NCBI GenBank assembly: GCA_049599535.1
Contig: JBMYOR010000001.1
Coordinates: forward strand, 1 to 30,791
Direction of reading: 5' to 3'
Length of the DNA stretch: 30,791 bases
Origin: Bacteroidia bacterium
GTDB taxonomy: Bacteria; Bacteroidota; Bacteroidia; CAILMK01; JACPUW01
Below are positions 1-9,190 of this stretch, piece by piece (positions within the stretch are counted from its first letter, which is position 1; every line of letters starts with the position of its first letter). The notes below the pieces were generated by a model. The model worked only from the letters and a program-made list of their open reading frames with translations, was not told the DNA's origin and did not search any database. The position numbers and the translations under genes were made by a program.

Positions 1-2
1 CG

Positions 3-3000
3 AGCCCATCAAGCACTACAGTTTGTGTTGATGATGACCCAACTTTTACGGTTGTCGCTACTGGAGATGGACTCAATTTACAATGGCAAGAAGATGATGG
101 AACCGGATTTTCTGATCTAAGTGATGGTGGCGTTTATAGCGGTACGAGTTCTACTACTTTAACCTTAACTGATGTTACCGCATCCATGTCAGGCAATATT
201 TATAGATGTTATGTAACTGGTAATTGTACTCCAGATGCTACTTCGGGCACAGCTACACTAACTGTACATGCCTTACCAACATTTACAGGTAATCCAAGTA
301 GTACAACATATTGTTCTGGATCTGACGTTGATCTTTCGGCTACTGTTACAGGCACAAGCCTTACCTTACAGTGGCAAGAAGACGACGGAACCGGATTTAG
401 CAATTTAAGCAATAACGTTACTTATGCAGGTGTTTCAACTGAAGACCTTACAATCACAGCAGCAGGTGCAGGCCTTGATGGATATGATTACAGATTGGTA
501 GCCACCAATACCGGTTGCGGATCAGTAAACTCTTCAGCCGCTACCATTACAGCAACAGCGGCTCCTAGCGTAACAACTGCCCCAAGCAATTCAACAGTTT
601 GTGTTGATGATGACCCAACTTTTACGGTTGCAGCATCTGGTTCAAGTTTAGGTTACCTATGGCAAGAAGATGACGGGACAGGTTTTACCGACTTAAGCGA
701 TGGTGGAAAATATAGCAATACATCTACTACCACATTAAATATAACAGACGCTTCGGCTGCTATGGATGGCTATAAATACAGAGTGGTAGTTTCAAGCCCT
801 AGTTGTCCTTCAACTACATCGGCATCGGCAAATCTTACTGTAAATACTGCTCCGGCTATTACAGCACAGCCTTCAGATCAGTCGGCTTGTGATGGTGATA
901 ATATAAATTTTGCAGTTACAGCTTCAGGCGCGGGCCAAACTTTTGTTTGGCAAGAAGATGACGGAACCGGTTTTGCCAACTTATCAGATGGCGGAAAATA
1001 CAGCAATACAACAAGCAGTACATTAACAATATCAGGTATAACAGCCGCTTACGATGGTTATGATTATAGGGTAGTAATATCTGGTACATGTACTCCTGCA
1101 GTAACATCAAATAGTGGTGAACTTACGGTTGTAAGTCAAGTAGCCATAAGCTCAAACCCAAGTAGCCTTGATGTTTGTGTTGATGATGATCCAACATTTA
1201 GCGTTACAGCAAGTGGCGGTACTATTACTTACAAATGGCAAGAAGATGACGGGACAGGATTTTCTGACTTGTCTGATGGTGGTATTTACAGCGGTACAGG
1301 CACATCAACATTAGCCCTTACCGATGTTACAGCTACCGAAGATGGTTATGATTATAGATGTTATGTTACCAGTACTTGTGGTAGCCCCGTAACATCAAAC
1401 ACCGCAACACTTGGTGTTGATGTTGCACCTATAATTACCGCAAACCCAGGTGATTTATCGAAGTGCGAAACAGAAAGTGCAACTTTTAATGTAACTGCAG
1501 CAATAGGTACTAACTTGAGCTTTCAATGGCAAGAAGATGATGGTACCGGATTTGCAGATTTAAGCAATGGTGGTGTGTACAGCAATGTTCAAACTTCATC
1601 ATTGTCAATATCATCAGTTAATTCTGGTATGAACGGATATGATTACCGTTGTGTGGTTACAAATAATGGTTGCGGCAGTGCCAATAGTGGCAGCGCCACC
1701 TTAACTGTTTTAGAAGCTCCATCAATAAGCGCCCATGGCGGAAACATGACAGAGTGCGAAACTGATGATGCAGTATTTACCGTTACAGCTTCGGGCTCAA
1801 ATATTACTTTTCAATGGCAAGAAAACACAGGAGCTGGTTATACCGCCTTATCAAATGGTGGCCAGTATAGTGATGTGCAAACAAATACCTTAACAGTTTC
1901 AGGAGTTTCAGCTTCTATGCATAAATACATTTACCGTTGTGTTGTTTCAGGTACATGTAATCCTTCAGCTACTAGTATAAACGACACCCTATTTGTATTA
2001 GAAGCACCAATTGTTACAACCGACCCTAGTGATGCTACTATTTGCGAGGGTACAAATACATCTTTTACAGTGGCCGCTACAGGAGATAATCTTGTTTATC
2101 AATGGCAAGAAGATGATGGAACAGGGTATGCTAATTTATCAGACGGCGGAGTATATAGCGGAACAGATGGTACCACACTATCAATTACAGGCGCTACATC
2201 TGGTATGGATGGATATAAATACAAATGCGTAGTTGACAACAGTGCTTGTACCGAAGATATTTCGGCTGAAGCAACATTAAATGTTCAAGCAACACCTACG
2301 GTTACAGCCGATCCGAGCGATGTTACTATTTGCGAAAACACAAATACTTCATTTACAATAACTGCTACAGGCAGTAACCTTGATTTTGTATGGCAAGAGG
2401 ATGATGGCAGTGGATTTTCTGATCTAAGCGATGGGGGAGTTTACAGCGGAACAGATGGTGCAACATTGTCTTTAACAAATGCCGATGACAATATGAACGG
2501 TTACAAATACCGTTGCATTATCGATAATTCTGAATGTACCGAAGATATTTCGGCTGAAGCATTATTAACAGTGCAAGTGGCCCCATCAGTTACTGCAAAC
2601 CCTACCGATTCAATTATTTGTGAAGGTAACGATGCCACATTTACTGTTGGCGCCAACGGATCTGCGTTGCAATTTGTATGGCAAGAGGATGATGGTAGCG
2701 GTTTCTCTGACCTAAGTGATGGTGGAGTTTACAGCAATACAGATCAAACTACTTTAACAATAACCAATGCTACTGCAGCAATGGATGGTTACGAATACCG
2801 AGCGGTTGTAGGTAATAGTCAATGCACCGATGTAATCTCAAATTCAGCAACATTTACGGTGCAAACTGCTCCAAATGTTACGGTTGATCCTTCTGATGCA
2901 ACAATTTGCGAAAGTTCAAATACTACTTTTTCAGTTACGGCAACGGGCAGTAATTTAGATTACCAATGGCAAGAAGATGATGGTAGCGGATTCTCTGATC

Positions 3001-5459
3001 TAAGCGATGGTGGAGTTTACAGCAATACCGATCAAATTACTTTATCTATAACTGGTGCTGGCACCGGAATGGATGGATACAAATACCGATGCGTAGTTGA
3101 TAATAGCACATGTACAGCAGATATTTCGGCTGATGCGACATTAACGGTTCAAACAGGTCCGTCAATTACATCAAACCCAATAGATTCGTTAATATGCGAA
3201 GGCAACAATGCAACATTTACGGTTGCAGCATCAGGCTCATCATTAGATTATCAATGGCAAGTTGACGATGGTAGTGGATTCTCTGACCTAAGTAATGGTG
3301 GAGTTTACAGCAACACTGATCAAACTACTTTAACAATTACTGGCGCTACCACTGCTATGAATGGATTTGATTACCGAGTGGTAATTGACAACAGTCAGTG
3401 TACTGGTTTAAATTCTAGCGCAGCTACATTATCAGTTCAAACCTTACCAAACGTTACTACCGATCCAAGTGATGTTACCATATGCGAAAACACCAATACT
3501 ACTTTTACAGTTGCGGCAACAGGTAGCAACCTTACCTTTTTATGGCAAGAAGATGATGGTAGCGGATTCTCTGATTTAAGTAACGGTGGAATTTACAGCA
3601 ATATCGATCAAGCAACAATGACAATAACTGGAGCAGGATCAGGAATGGATGGCAATAAGTACCGATGTGTTGTAGACAACAGCACATGTGCTGCCGATAT
3701 TTCTGGCGAAGCAACAATTACAGTACAAGTAAACCCAAGTGTTACAACAAACCCAAGCAACGCCACAATTTGCGAGAATACAGGAGCTAAATTTACAGTA
3801 GTAGCATCAGGCTCAAGCCTTACCTTTTTATGGCAAGAGGATGATGGTAGCGGATTCGCCGATTTAAGTGATGGTGGAATTTACAGTGGAACAAGCACTA
3901 GCACGCTTTCAATAAGCTCGGCGGCATCGGGTATGGATTTATACGAATACAGAGTAGTGGTTGACAACAGTCAGTGTACCGATGTAACATCAAACGCAGC
4001 TGTATTAGATATTCAAATTACACCTGGTATTGCTAATAGCCCAGTATCAACAACTATTTGCGAAAGTGATAATGCAACATTCTCAGTAACCGGTACGGGT
4101 TCAGATTTAACTTACCAATGGCAGGTTGACAATGGCACCGGATTCTCTGATTTAAGTGACGGTGGAGTTTACAGCAATACCGATCAAGCAACAATGACAA
4201 TAACCGGTGCAGGATCAGGAATGGACGGCAATGAATATAGATGCGTAGTTGATAATTCTACTTGTAGCCCAGCTACATCAAATGCGGCAACTTTATCAAT
4301 TGATGCCTTACCTGCAGTAACATCAAACCCAACAGATATAACAGTTTGTATAAATGATGATCCAACATTTAGTGTTACGGCAACAGGTGCTGGTGCCGCA
4401 TTGCAATGGCAAGTTGACGATGGCAGTGGTTTTGCCGATATTTCAAATGGTGGAATTTATACAGGTGCAACAACATCAACCCTGCAAATTACAGATGCTA
4501 CAGCAACTGAAAACGGATACGAATACCGATGTGAAGTTACAGGAAACTGTACCCCGGCCGCATACTCTACTGCTGCTACATTAACTGTTCAAACTCCTGC
4601 ATCAATTACTACAAATCCTGCTGATGTTGCGGTTTGCGATGGTGGTAATACTAGCTTTTCAGTAGTAGCATCAGGCTCATCATTAGATTATCAATGGCAA
4701 GTAAATGATGGAAGCGGTTTTGCCAATTTATCAAATGGAGGTATATATAGCGGAACAGATAATGCAACATTATCAATTACAGGAATAACTACTACTCTAG
4801 ATGGATACGAGTACCGAGTTGAAGTTGATAACGCAGCTTGTACATCAACCCTATCTACGGCAGGAGAAATTACATTCTTGGCGTTACCAAATGTTACATC
4901 AGACCCAACAGCATCAACAATTTGCGAAGGTGGTAATACAGCATTTAGTATTACAGCAACAGGAGCGGGTGCAGCGTTTCAATGGCAAGTTGATGACGGT
5001 ACGGGATTTGCTGATATTTCAAATGGTGGAATTTACTCAGGTGTAACTACCAATACCCTTAGCCTAACTAGCGCACCAGTTACCAACAATGGCTATGATT
5101 ACCGATGCGTAGTTTCAGGTACTTGTACACCAAATGATATTTCGAATAGCGCAACATTAACTGTTGATGCCACACCTACCATATCGGTTCAACCAAGAGA
5201 TACAAGCCTTTGCGAAAGCTTCAATACGTTTTTTGCGGTAACAGCATCAGGTACATCAATTCAATACAAATGGCAAATTGAAGATAATGGTGTTTTCACC
5301 GACCTTACTGCCGCCGGCCGATACAACAGTGTAGATAAAGCCACCATGGTACTTACCGATTTAATTTCTTCAATGGATAGTACTTATTACAGAGTAGTGG
5401 TTGAAGGACCAAATTGTCCAGACGCAGTTTCAGATACGGTAATGTTAGATGTAAAGGCA
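3..5459 (+). repeat. Tandem array of 19 Ig-like repeats, period 96 aa / 288 nt (first one partial, one of 97 aa)
   Basis: Recurrent P..T..P.D.T.C....TF.V.A.G..L..QWQEDDG.GF.DLSDGG.YS.....TL.IT.....MDGY.YR.VV....C....S..ATL.V. Hand count: 90 + 17x96 + 97 = 1819 aa. Confidence 0.92.
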
Positions 5460-8400
5460 AACTCTACAAAACCACACCCTTTTGCAACACAATATGATTT
5501 TTGCGAAGAGAACTCATCAGATTTATATGCTCAATTTGGTATTGAAGGTGATAACTCAACTATTGAATGGTACACAGGTCCAAACGGAACAGGCACCAAC
5601 TTTGCAAGTGGAGAAGGTCCAATTTCGGTTTCGCCAACCGATACAATTACTTATTATGTAAGAAGAGAAGGCGAGTGTAACACCACCGATGATACCACCA
5701 TAACACTTAATGTACACCCTAAACCAACTGCCAATTTTAAAGCCTTTGAAACATGCGAAGGTTTGGCAACATTAGTTTACGATTCATCAACAGTGGCACA
5801 AGACTCAATTGTTAAGTTTGAGTGGGACCTAGGCGATGCCGGTACATCAAGTCTTAAAAATGTATCTCATGTGTATTCAAGCACGGGTACTTATGATATT
5901 AACTTGGTAGTTACTACAAAAAGTGGTTGTACCGATACCATTACAAAATCTACAGTAATATACGAGCAACCAGAGGCTGACTTTAGTGTTAGCAGCGTTT
6001 GTTTAAATGAAACTACCAGTTTTACAAACAGCTCGAGCATTACAGGTACAGCAACACTAAGCTACGATTGGAACATGGGCGACGGAGCAGGTACTTCAAT
6101 TGCCACAAATCCTGATTATACATATAATGCAACTGGTGGGTACACAATTCAACTTAAAGTAACGTCATCAGATGGGTGTATTGATTCAGTAAGCAGATCA
6201 ACCAATATTTTTATGTTGCCTGATGCCGACTTTGACTTTACAAACGCTTGTTTAGGAGATGATGTAAACTTTACCAATAAATCAAAAATTGGAACAGGAA
6301 CGCTTACCTACGAGTGGGATTTTGATGATGGCAATTCTGCCAATACAATTTCGGCCACAAATAGCTACTCAGCGGCAGGGGTTTATGATGTTGAGTTAAT
6401 TGCTACTAGTAACCAAGGATGTAAGGATACTGTAATAAATGAAGTTGAAACTTATGCCCTACCTACGGCGAGCTACACATTTACAAGCGCATGTCAAAAC
6501 GATCAAGTAACGTTTACCGATAATAGTACTAACCCTACATCATCAAAACTTACCTACGAGTGGGATTTTGACAACGGAGCCAGTAGTACAAGTAAAAACC
6601 CACAAGTAAGCTATACCACAGCCGGAAGCTATGATGTAACATTATTAGTAACATCGGCCGAGGGTTGTGAAGATGATACCACCACAGCAGTTGATGTTTA
6701 CGGAATACCTTCAGTTAGTTTTACAACCAACAAGGTATGCGATGGTTTTGCAACAACATTTACAAACGGATCAAAAAGTACAGATGCTAGCTCGCTCTCA
6801 TTTATATGGCGATTTGGCGATGGCGACACAAGTCAAAGAGTTGCACCATCACATTCATACGCATCGGCCGGAACTTTTGTAGCAACCTTAATTGCAGTTT
6901 CAGCAAATGGATGTACCGATTCAACAACGGCACCCGTAACAATTTGGCCAAAACCTGATGCCAATTATAGAGTAAGTAATGTTTGTGAGTCTGATTCTGC
7001 TGAATTCTTTAACCTTAGCACAATTTCAACAGGAAACTTTACAAGCCTTTGGAATTTTGGCGATGCATCTACATCAACCAAAACTAGCCCTAAGCACAAG
7101 TACTTAACAGATAATACGTATAGTACCAAATTGATTGTAACAAGTGGCAATGGTTGTCAAGATTCGGTTTCGCAGAATTTAGAAATTTACCCAATGCCTG
7201 GCGCAGATTTCACCTTTACTAATCAATGTGATGGTGATGAAGTTGACTTTACCAACCAAACTGCTGTAACTACAGGTACACAATATGTTTGGGCCTTTGG
7301 CGATGGATTTGGATCAACTACTCAAAACCCAATGCATACCTATGCATCATCAGGTACTTACAATGCAAGCCTTACCGCCACTACGGCAAACGGTTGCATT
7401 GAAACCACCTTACCTAAAACGGTAACCATTTTCCCAAGAGTTAATCTTAACTTTAATGTAGCCAATGTATGCGACGGCGATTCAGTTTCTTTTGTAAACA
7501 CATCGTTCCTTAGCGCTGGTACCGCACAATATGCTTGGAATTTTGGTGATGGCAACGGCGTAATTGGACAAAATAATGCCAAGCATTTATATGATACGTT
7601 TGGGGTATATGGTGTTACACTTTATGGCCGTACCGATAATAACTGTATAGATTCAATTAAGCAACAAGTAAATGTATACGCACAGCCAATAGCCAAATAC
7701 ACGGTTGCTAGTGATTGTGAAGGCAACTTTACCGATTTTCAAAATACCACTGTATTGGCCGATGGTGTTGGTGTAACCTACATATGGGATTTCAATAATG
7801 GCTTTAGTTCAACTTTGGCATCTCCTAAACATCAATACCAAACATTTGGAACCTACAATACCGAGTTAGTTGCAGTAACCAATGATGGTTGTATTGACAC
7901 TGCTAAAAGAACACATAATGTTTGGCCAAATCCTGATGCAGCCTTTAAAACATTTGGTAGTACTACTAATGAGGTTTCAGAGCTTTGTATTTACGAAACA
8001 GCCAACTTTACCGATATATCAACTATTGATGCAGGTAAGGTAATAAATTGGGTTTGGAACTTTGGAGATGCAACATCGCAAAGTGGCCTAAAAACTGTGC
8101 AGAAAAACTACATACTACCAGGTGTATATGAAGTTGAATTAGTAGCTGAATCAGATAGCGGTTGTACCGATGCTGTGATTCAAAAATTTGAAGTATTACC
8201 TAAACCAGATGTTGCCTTTACTTTTAAAGATACCTGCGAAGGTTTTGGTGTACAATTCAATAATCAAAGTACAGTAAGCAAAGGTCAAATGAGTTTTACT
8301 TGGGACTTTGGCGATAACGAGAAATCTACACTAAGAGAACCAATTCATGCTTACGCAACTGCGGGCACTTACCCAGTAACACTTATTGGTATTAGTACTG

Positions 8401-9164
8401 ATGGTTGTTTAGATACAGCTGGCCCTGCTGATATTGTAATTCACGAAATTCCGGATGCTACTATTACAAGCAACATAGGGGGATTTGAGTTTTGCGAAGG
8501 TGATTCAGCAATATTGAGTGTACCTGAAGTAACAGGGTATACCTATGTGTGGAGCAACGGAGATTCTGGCCCATCAACCACAGTAAAAGTAGGTGGTGTG
8601 TACGAGGTAACTATTACGAGCGCATTTGGATGTACAAACTCAAGCCAGCAATTAGTAACTGTTTGGGTAAGGCCAACCGCCAATGCCGGCGAAGATGTGA
8701 CTATTAGTAAAGGTTACAGTACCGAGCTTGTAGGAGATGGTGGATTATTCTTTTATTGGAGCCCTGGCCAAACGCTTGACGATTCACTAAAACAAAACCC
8801 AATTGCTACACCATTAATTGATGAAACCTACCAATTGGTAGTTGAAGATGGCAACGGTTGTTTAGATACTGCATCAGTTAACGTAACTGTTGAAGAAGAC
8901 TACTTACTAGAGCCTTCAGATATATTTACACCAAACGGAGATGGAGTAAACGAATTCTGGGTAATTAAAAACATTACTACTTATCCAGATTGTGAGCTAA
9001 TTATAACCAACAGGTGGCAACAAATAATTTACAGCACCAGCCAATATGCAAACGACTGGGACGGTACATTTAACGGAGCACAGCTACCAACAGGAGCATA
9101 CAATTACCTTATTAAGTGTGGTAATGGTAGAATTTATACAGGAACAGTTAATATTTTAAGATAA
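3..9164 (+). CDS. Giant T9SS type B-CTD surface protein/adhesin (19 Ig-like repeats, 1 further Ig-like domain, 11 PKD domains, 2 short Cys-containing beta repeats, gliding-motility-associated CTD); 5'-truncated by the window
   Basis: The frame is open from base 3 (SPSSTTVCVDDDPTFTV...), so ATG 186 is an internal Met. C-terminus IFTPNGDGVNEFW...NRW...WDGT..G..LPTGAYNY....G...YTGTVNILR matches the type B (CHU_C/TIGR04131-like) CTD. A PorP/SprF gene follows immediately. Confidence 0.93.
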   Translation, partial: SPSSTTVCVDDDPTFTVVATGDGLNLQWQEDDGTGFSDLSDGGVYSGTSSTTLTLTDVTASMSGNIYRCYVTGNCTPDATSGTATLTVHALPTFTGNPSSTTYCSGSDVDLSATVTGTSLTLQWQEDDGTGFSNLSNNVTYAGVSTEDLTITAAGAGLDGYDYRLVATNTGCGSVNSSAATITATAAPSVTTAPSNSTVCVDDDPTFTVAASGSSLGYLWQEDDGTGFTDLSDGGKYSNTSTTTLNITDASAAMDGYKYRVVVSSPSCPSTTSASANLTVNTAPAITAQPSDQSACDGDNINFAVTASGAGQTFVWQEDDGTGFANLSDGGKYSNTTSSTLTISGITAAYDGYDYRVVISGTCTPAVTSNSGELTVVSQVAISSNPSSLDVCVDDDPTFSVTASGGTITYKWQEDDGTGFSDLSDGGIYSGTGTSTLALTDVTATEDGYDYRCYVTSTCGSPVTSNTATLGVDVAPIITANPGDLSKCETESATFNVTAAIGTNLSFQWQEDDGTGFADLSNGGVYSNVQTSSLSISSVNSGMNGYDYRCVVTNNGCGSANSGSATLTVLEAPSISAHGGNMTECETDDAVFTVTASGSNITFQWQENTGAGYTALSNGGQYSDVQTNTLTVSGVSASMHKYIYRCVVSGTCNPSATSINDTLFVLEAPIVTTDPSDATICEGTNTSFTVAATGDNLVYQWQEDDGTGYANLSDGGVYSGTDGTTLSITGATSGMDGYKYKCVVDNSACTEDISAEATLNVQATPTVTADPSDVTICENTNTSFTITATGSNLDFVWQEDDGSGFSDLSDGGVYSGTDGATLSLTNADDNMNGYKYRCIIDNSECTEDISAEALLTVQVAPSVTANPTDSIICEGNDATFTVGANGSALQFVWQEDDGSGFSDLSDGGVYSNTDQTTLTITNATAAMDGYEYRAVVGNSQCTDVISNSATFTVQTAPNVTVDPSDATICESSNTTFSVTATGSNLDYQWQEDDGSGFSDLSDGGVYSNTDQITLSITGAGTGMDGYKYRCVVDNSTCTADISADATLTVQTGPSITSNPIDSLICEGNNATFTVAASGSSLDYQWQVDDGSGFSDLSNGGVYSNTDQTTLTITGATTAMNGFDYRVVIDNSQCTGLNSSAATLSVQTLPNVTTDPSDVTICENTNTTFTVAATGSNLTFLWQEDDGSGFSDLSNGGIYSNIDQATMTITGAGSGMDGNKYRCVVDNSTCAADISGEATITVQVNPSVTTNPSNATICENTGAKFTVVASGSSLTFLWQEDDGSGFADLSDGGIYSGTSTSTLSISSAASGMDLYEYRVVVDNSQCTDVTSNAAVLDIQITPGIANSPVSTTICESDNATFSVTGTGSDLTYQWQVDNGTGFSDLSDGGVYSNTDQATMTITGAGSGMDGNEYRCVVDNSTCSPATSNAATLSIDALPAVTSNPTDITVCINDDPTFSVTATGAGAALQWQVDDGSGFADISNGGIYTGATTSTLQITDATATENGYEYRCEVTGNCTPAAYSTAATLTVQTPASITTNPADVAVCDGGNTSFSVVASGSSLDYQWQVNDGSGFANLSNGGIYSGTDNATLSITGITTTLDGYEYRVEVDNAACTSTLSTAGEITFLALPNVTSDPTASTICEGGNTAFSITATGAGAAFQWQVDDGTGFADISNGGIYSGVTTNTLSLTSAPVTNNGYDYRCVVSGTCTPNDISNSATLTVDATPTISVQPRDTSLCESFNTFFAVTASGTSIQYKWQIEDNGVFTDLTAAGRYNSVDKATMVLTDLISSMDSTYYRVVVEGPNCPDAVSDTVMLDVKANSTKPHPFATQYDFCEENSSDLYAQFGIEGDNSTIEWYTGPNGTGTNFASGEGPISVSPTDTITYYVRREGECNTTDDTTITLNVHPKPTANFKAFETCEGLATLVYDSSTVAQDSIVKFEWDLGDAGTSSLKNVSHVYSSTGTYDINLVVTTKSGCTDTITKSTVIYEQPEADFSVSSVCLNETTSFTNSSSITGTATLSYDWNMGDGAGTSIATNPDYTYNATGGYTIQLKVTSSDGCIDSVSRSTNIFMLPDADFDFTNACLGDDVNFTNKSKIGTGTLTYEWDFDDGNSANTISATNSYSAAGVYDVELIATSNQGCKDTVINEVETYALPTASYTFTSACQNDQVTFTDNSTNPTSSKLTYEWDFDNGASSTSKNPQVSYTTAGSYDVTLLVTSAEGCEDDTTTAVDVYGIPSVSFTTNKVCDGFATTFTNGSKSTDASSLSFIWRFGDGDTSQRVAPSHSYASAGTFVATLIAVSANGCTDSTTAPVTIWPKPDANYRVSNVCESDSAEFFNLSTISTGNFTSLWNFGDASTSTKTSPKHKYLTDNTYSTKLIVTSGNGCQDSVSQNLEIYPMPGADFTFTNQCDGDEVDFTNQTAVTTGTQYVWAFGDGFGSTTQNPMHTYASSGTYNASLTATTANGCIETTLPKTVTIFPRVNLNFNVANVCDGDSVSFVNTSFLSAGTAQYAWNFGDGNGVIGQNNAKHLYDTFGVYGVTLYGRTDNNCIDSIKQQVNVYAQPIAKYTVASDCEGNFTDFQNTTVLADGVGVTYIWDFNNGFSSTLASPKHQYQTFGTYNTELVAVTNDGCIDTAKRTHNVWPNPDAAFKTFGSTTNEVSELCIYETANFTDISTIDAGKVINWVWNFGDATSQSGLKTVQKNYILPGVYEVELVAESDSGCTDAVIQKFEVLPKPDVAFTFKDTCEGFGVQFNNQSTVSKGQMSFTWDFGDNEKSTLREPIHAYATAGTYPVTLIGISTDGCLDTAGPADIVIHEIPDATITSNIGGFEFCEGDSAILSVPEVTGYTYVWSNGDSGPSTTVKVGGVYEVTITSAFGCTNSSQQLVTVWVRPTANAGEDVTISKGYSTELVGDGGLFFYWSPGQTLDDSLKQNPIATPLIDETYQLVVEDGNGCLDTASVNVTVEEDYLLEPSDIFTPNGDGVNEFWVIKNITTYPDCELIITNRWQQIIYSTSQYANDWDGTFNGAQLPTGAYNYLIKCGNGRIYTGTVNILR
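5715..8441 (+). repeat. Tandem array of 11 PKD-like domains (~82 aa)
   Basis: Recurrent P.A.F.....C....F.N.S......Y.W.FGDG..S....P.H.Y...G.Y.V.L...S..GC.D; W-x-F-G-D-G is the PKD signature. Confidence 0.88.
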
Positions 9165-9190
9165 TGGCTCATAGCTTAAGAAATAATAAA

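Noticed and set aside
186-188. ATG 186 as the start of the giant protein
   Set aside because: It is the Met within a repeat (…ASMSGNIYRC); the frame is open to the window edge and there is no signal peptide.
3-5459. 288-nt periodic repeats as a CRISPR array or DGR template/variable repeat
   Set aside because: The repeats are in-frame protein domains with synonymous divergence; there is no spacer structure, cas gene, reverse transcriptase or adenine-specific mismatch pattern.
209-7582. Short alternative-frame and antisense ORFs (61-81 aa) inside the giant gene
   Set aside because: Shadow ORFs of a biased, repetitive coding sequence; no recognisable motifs or start context.
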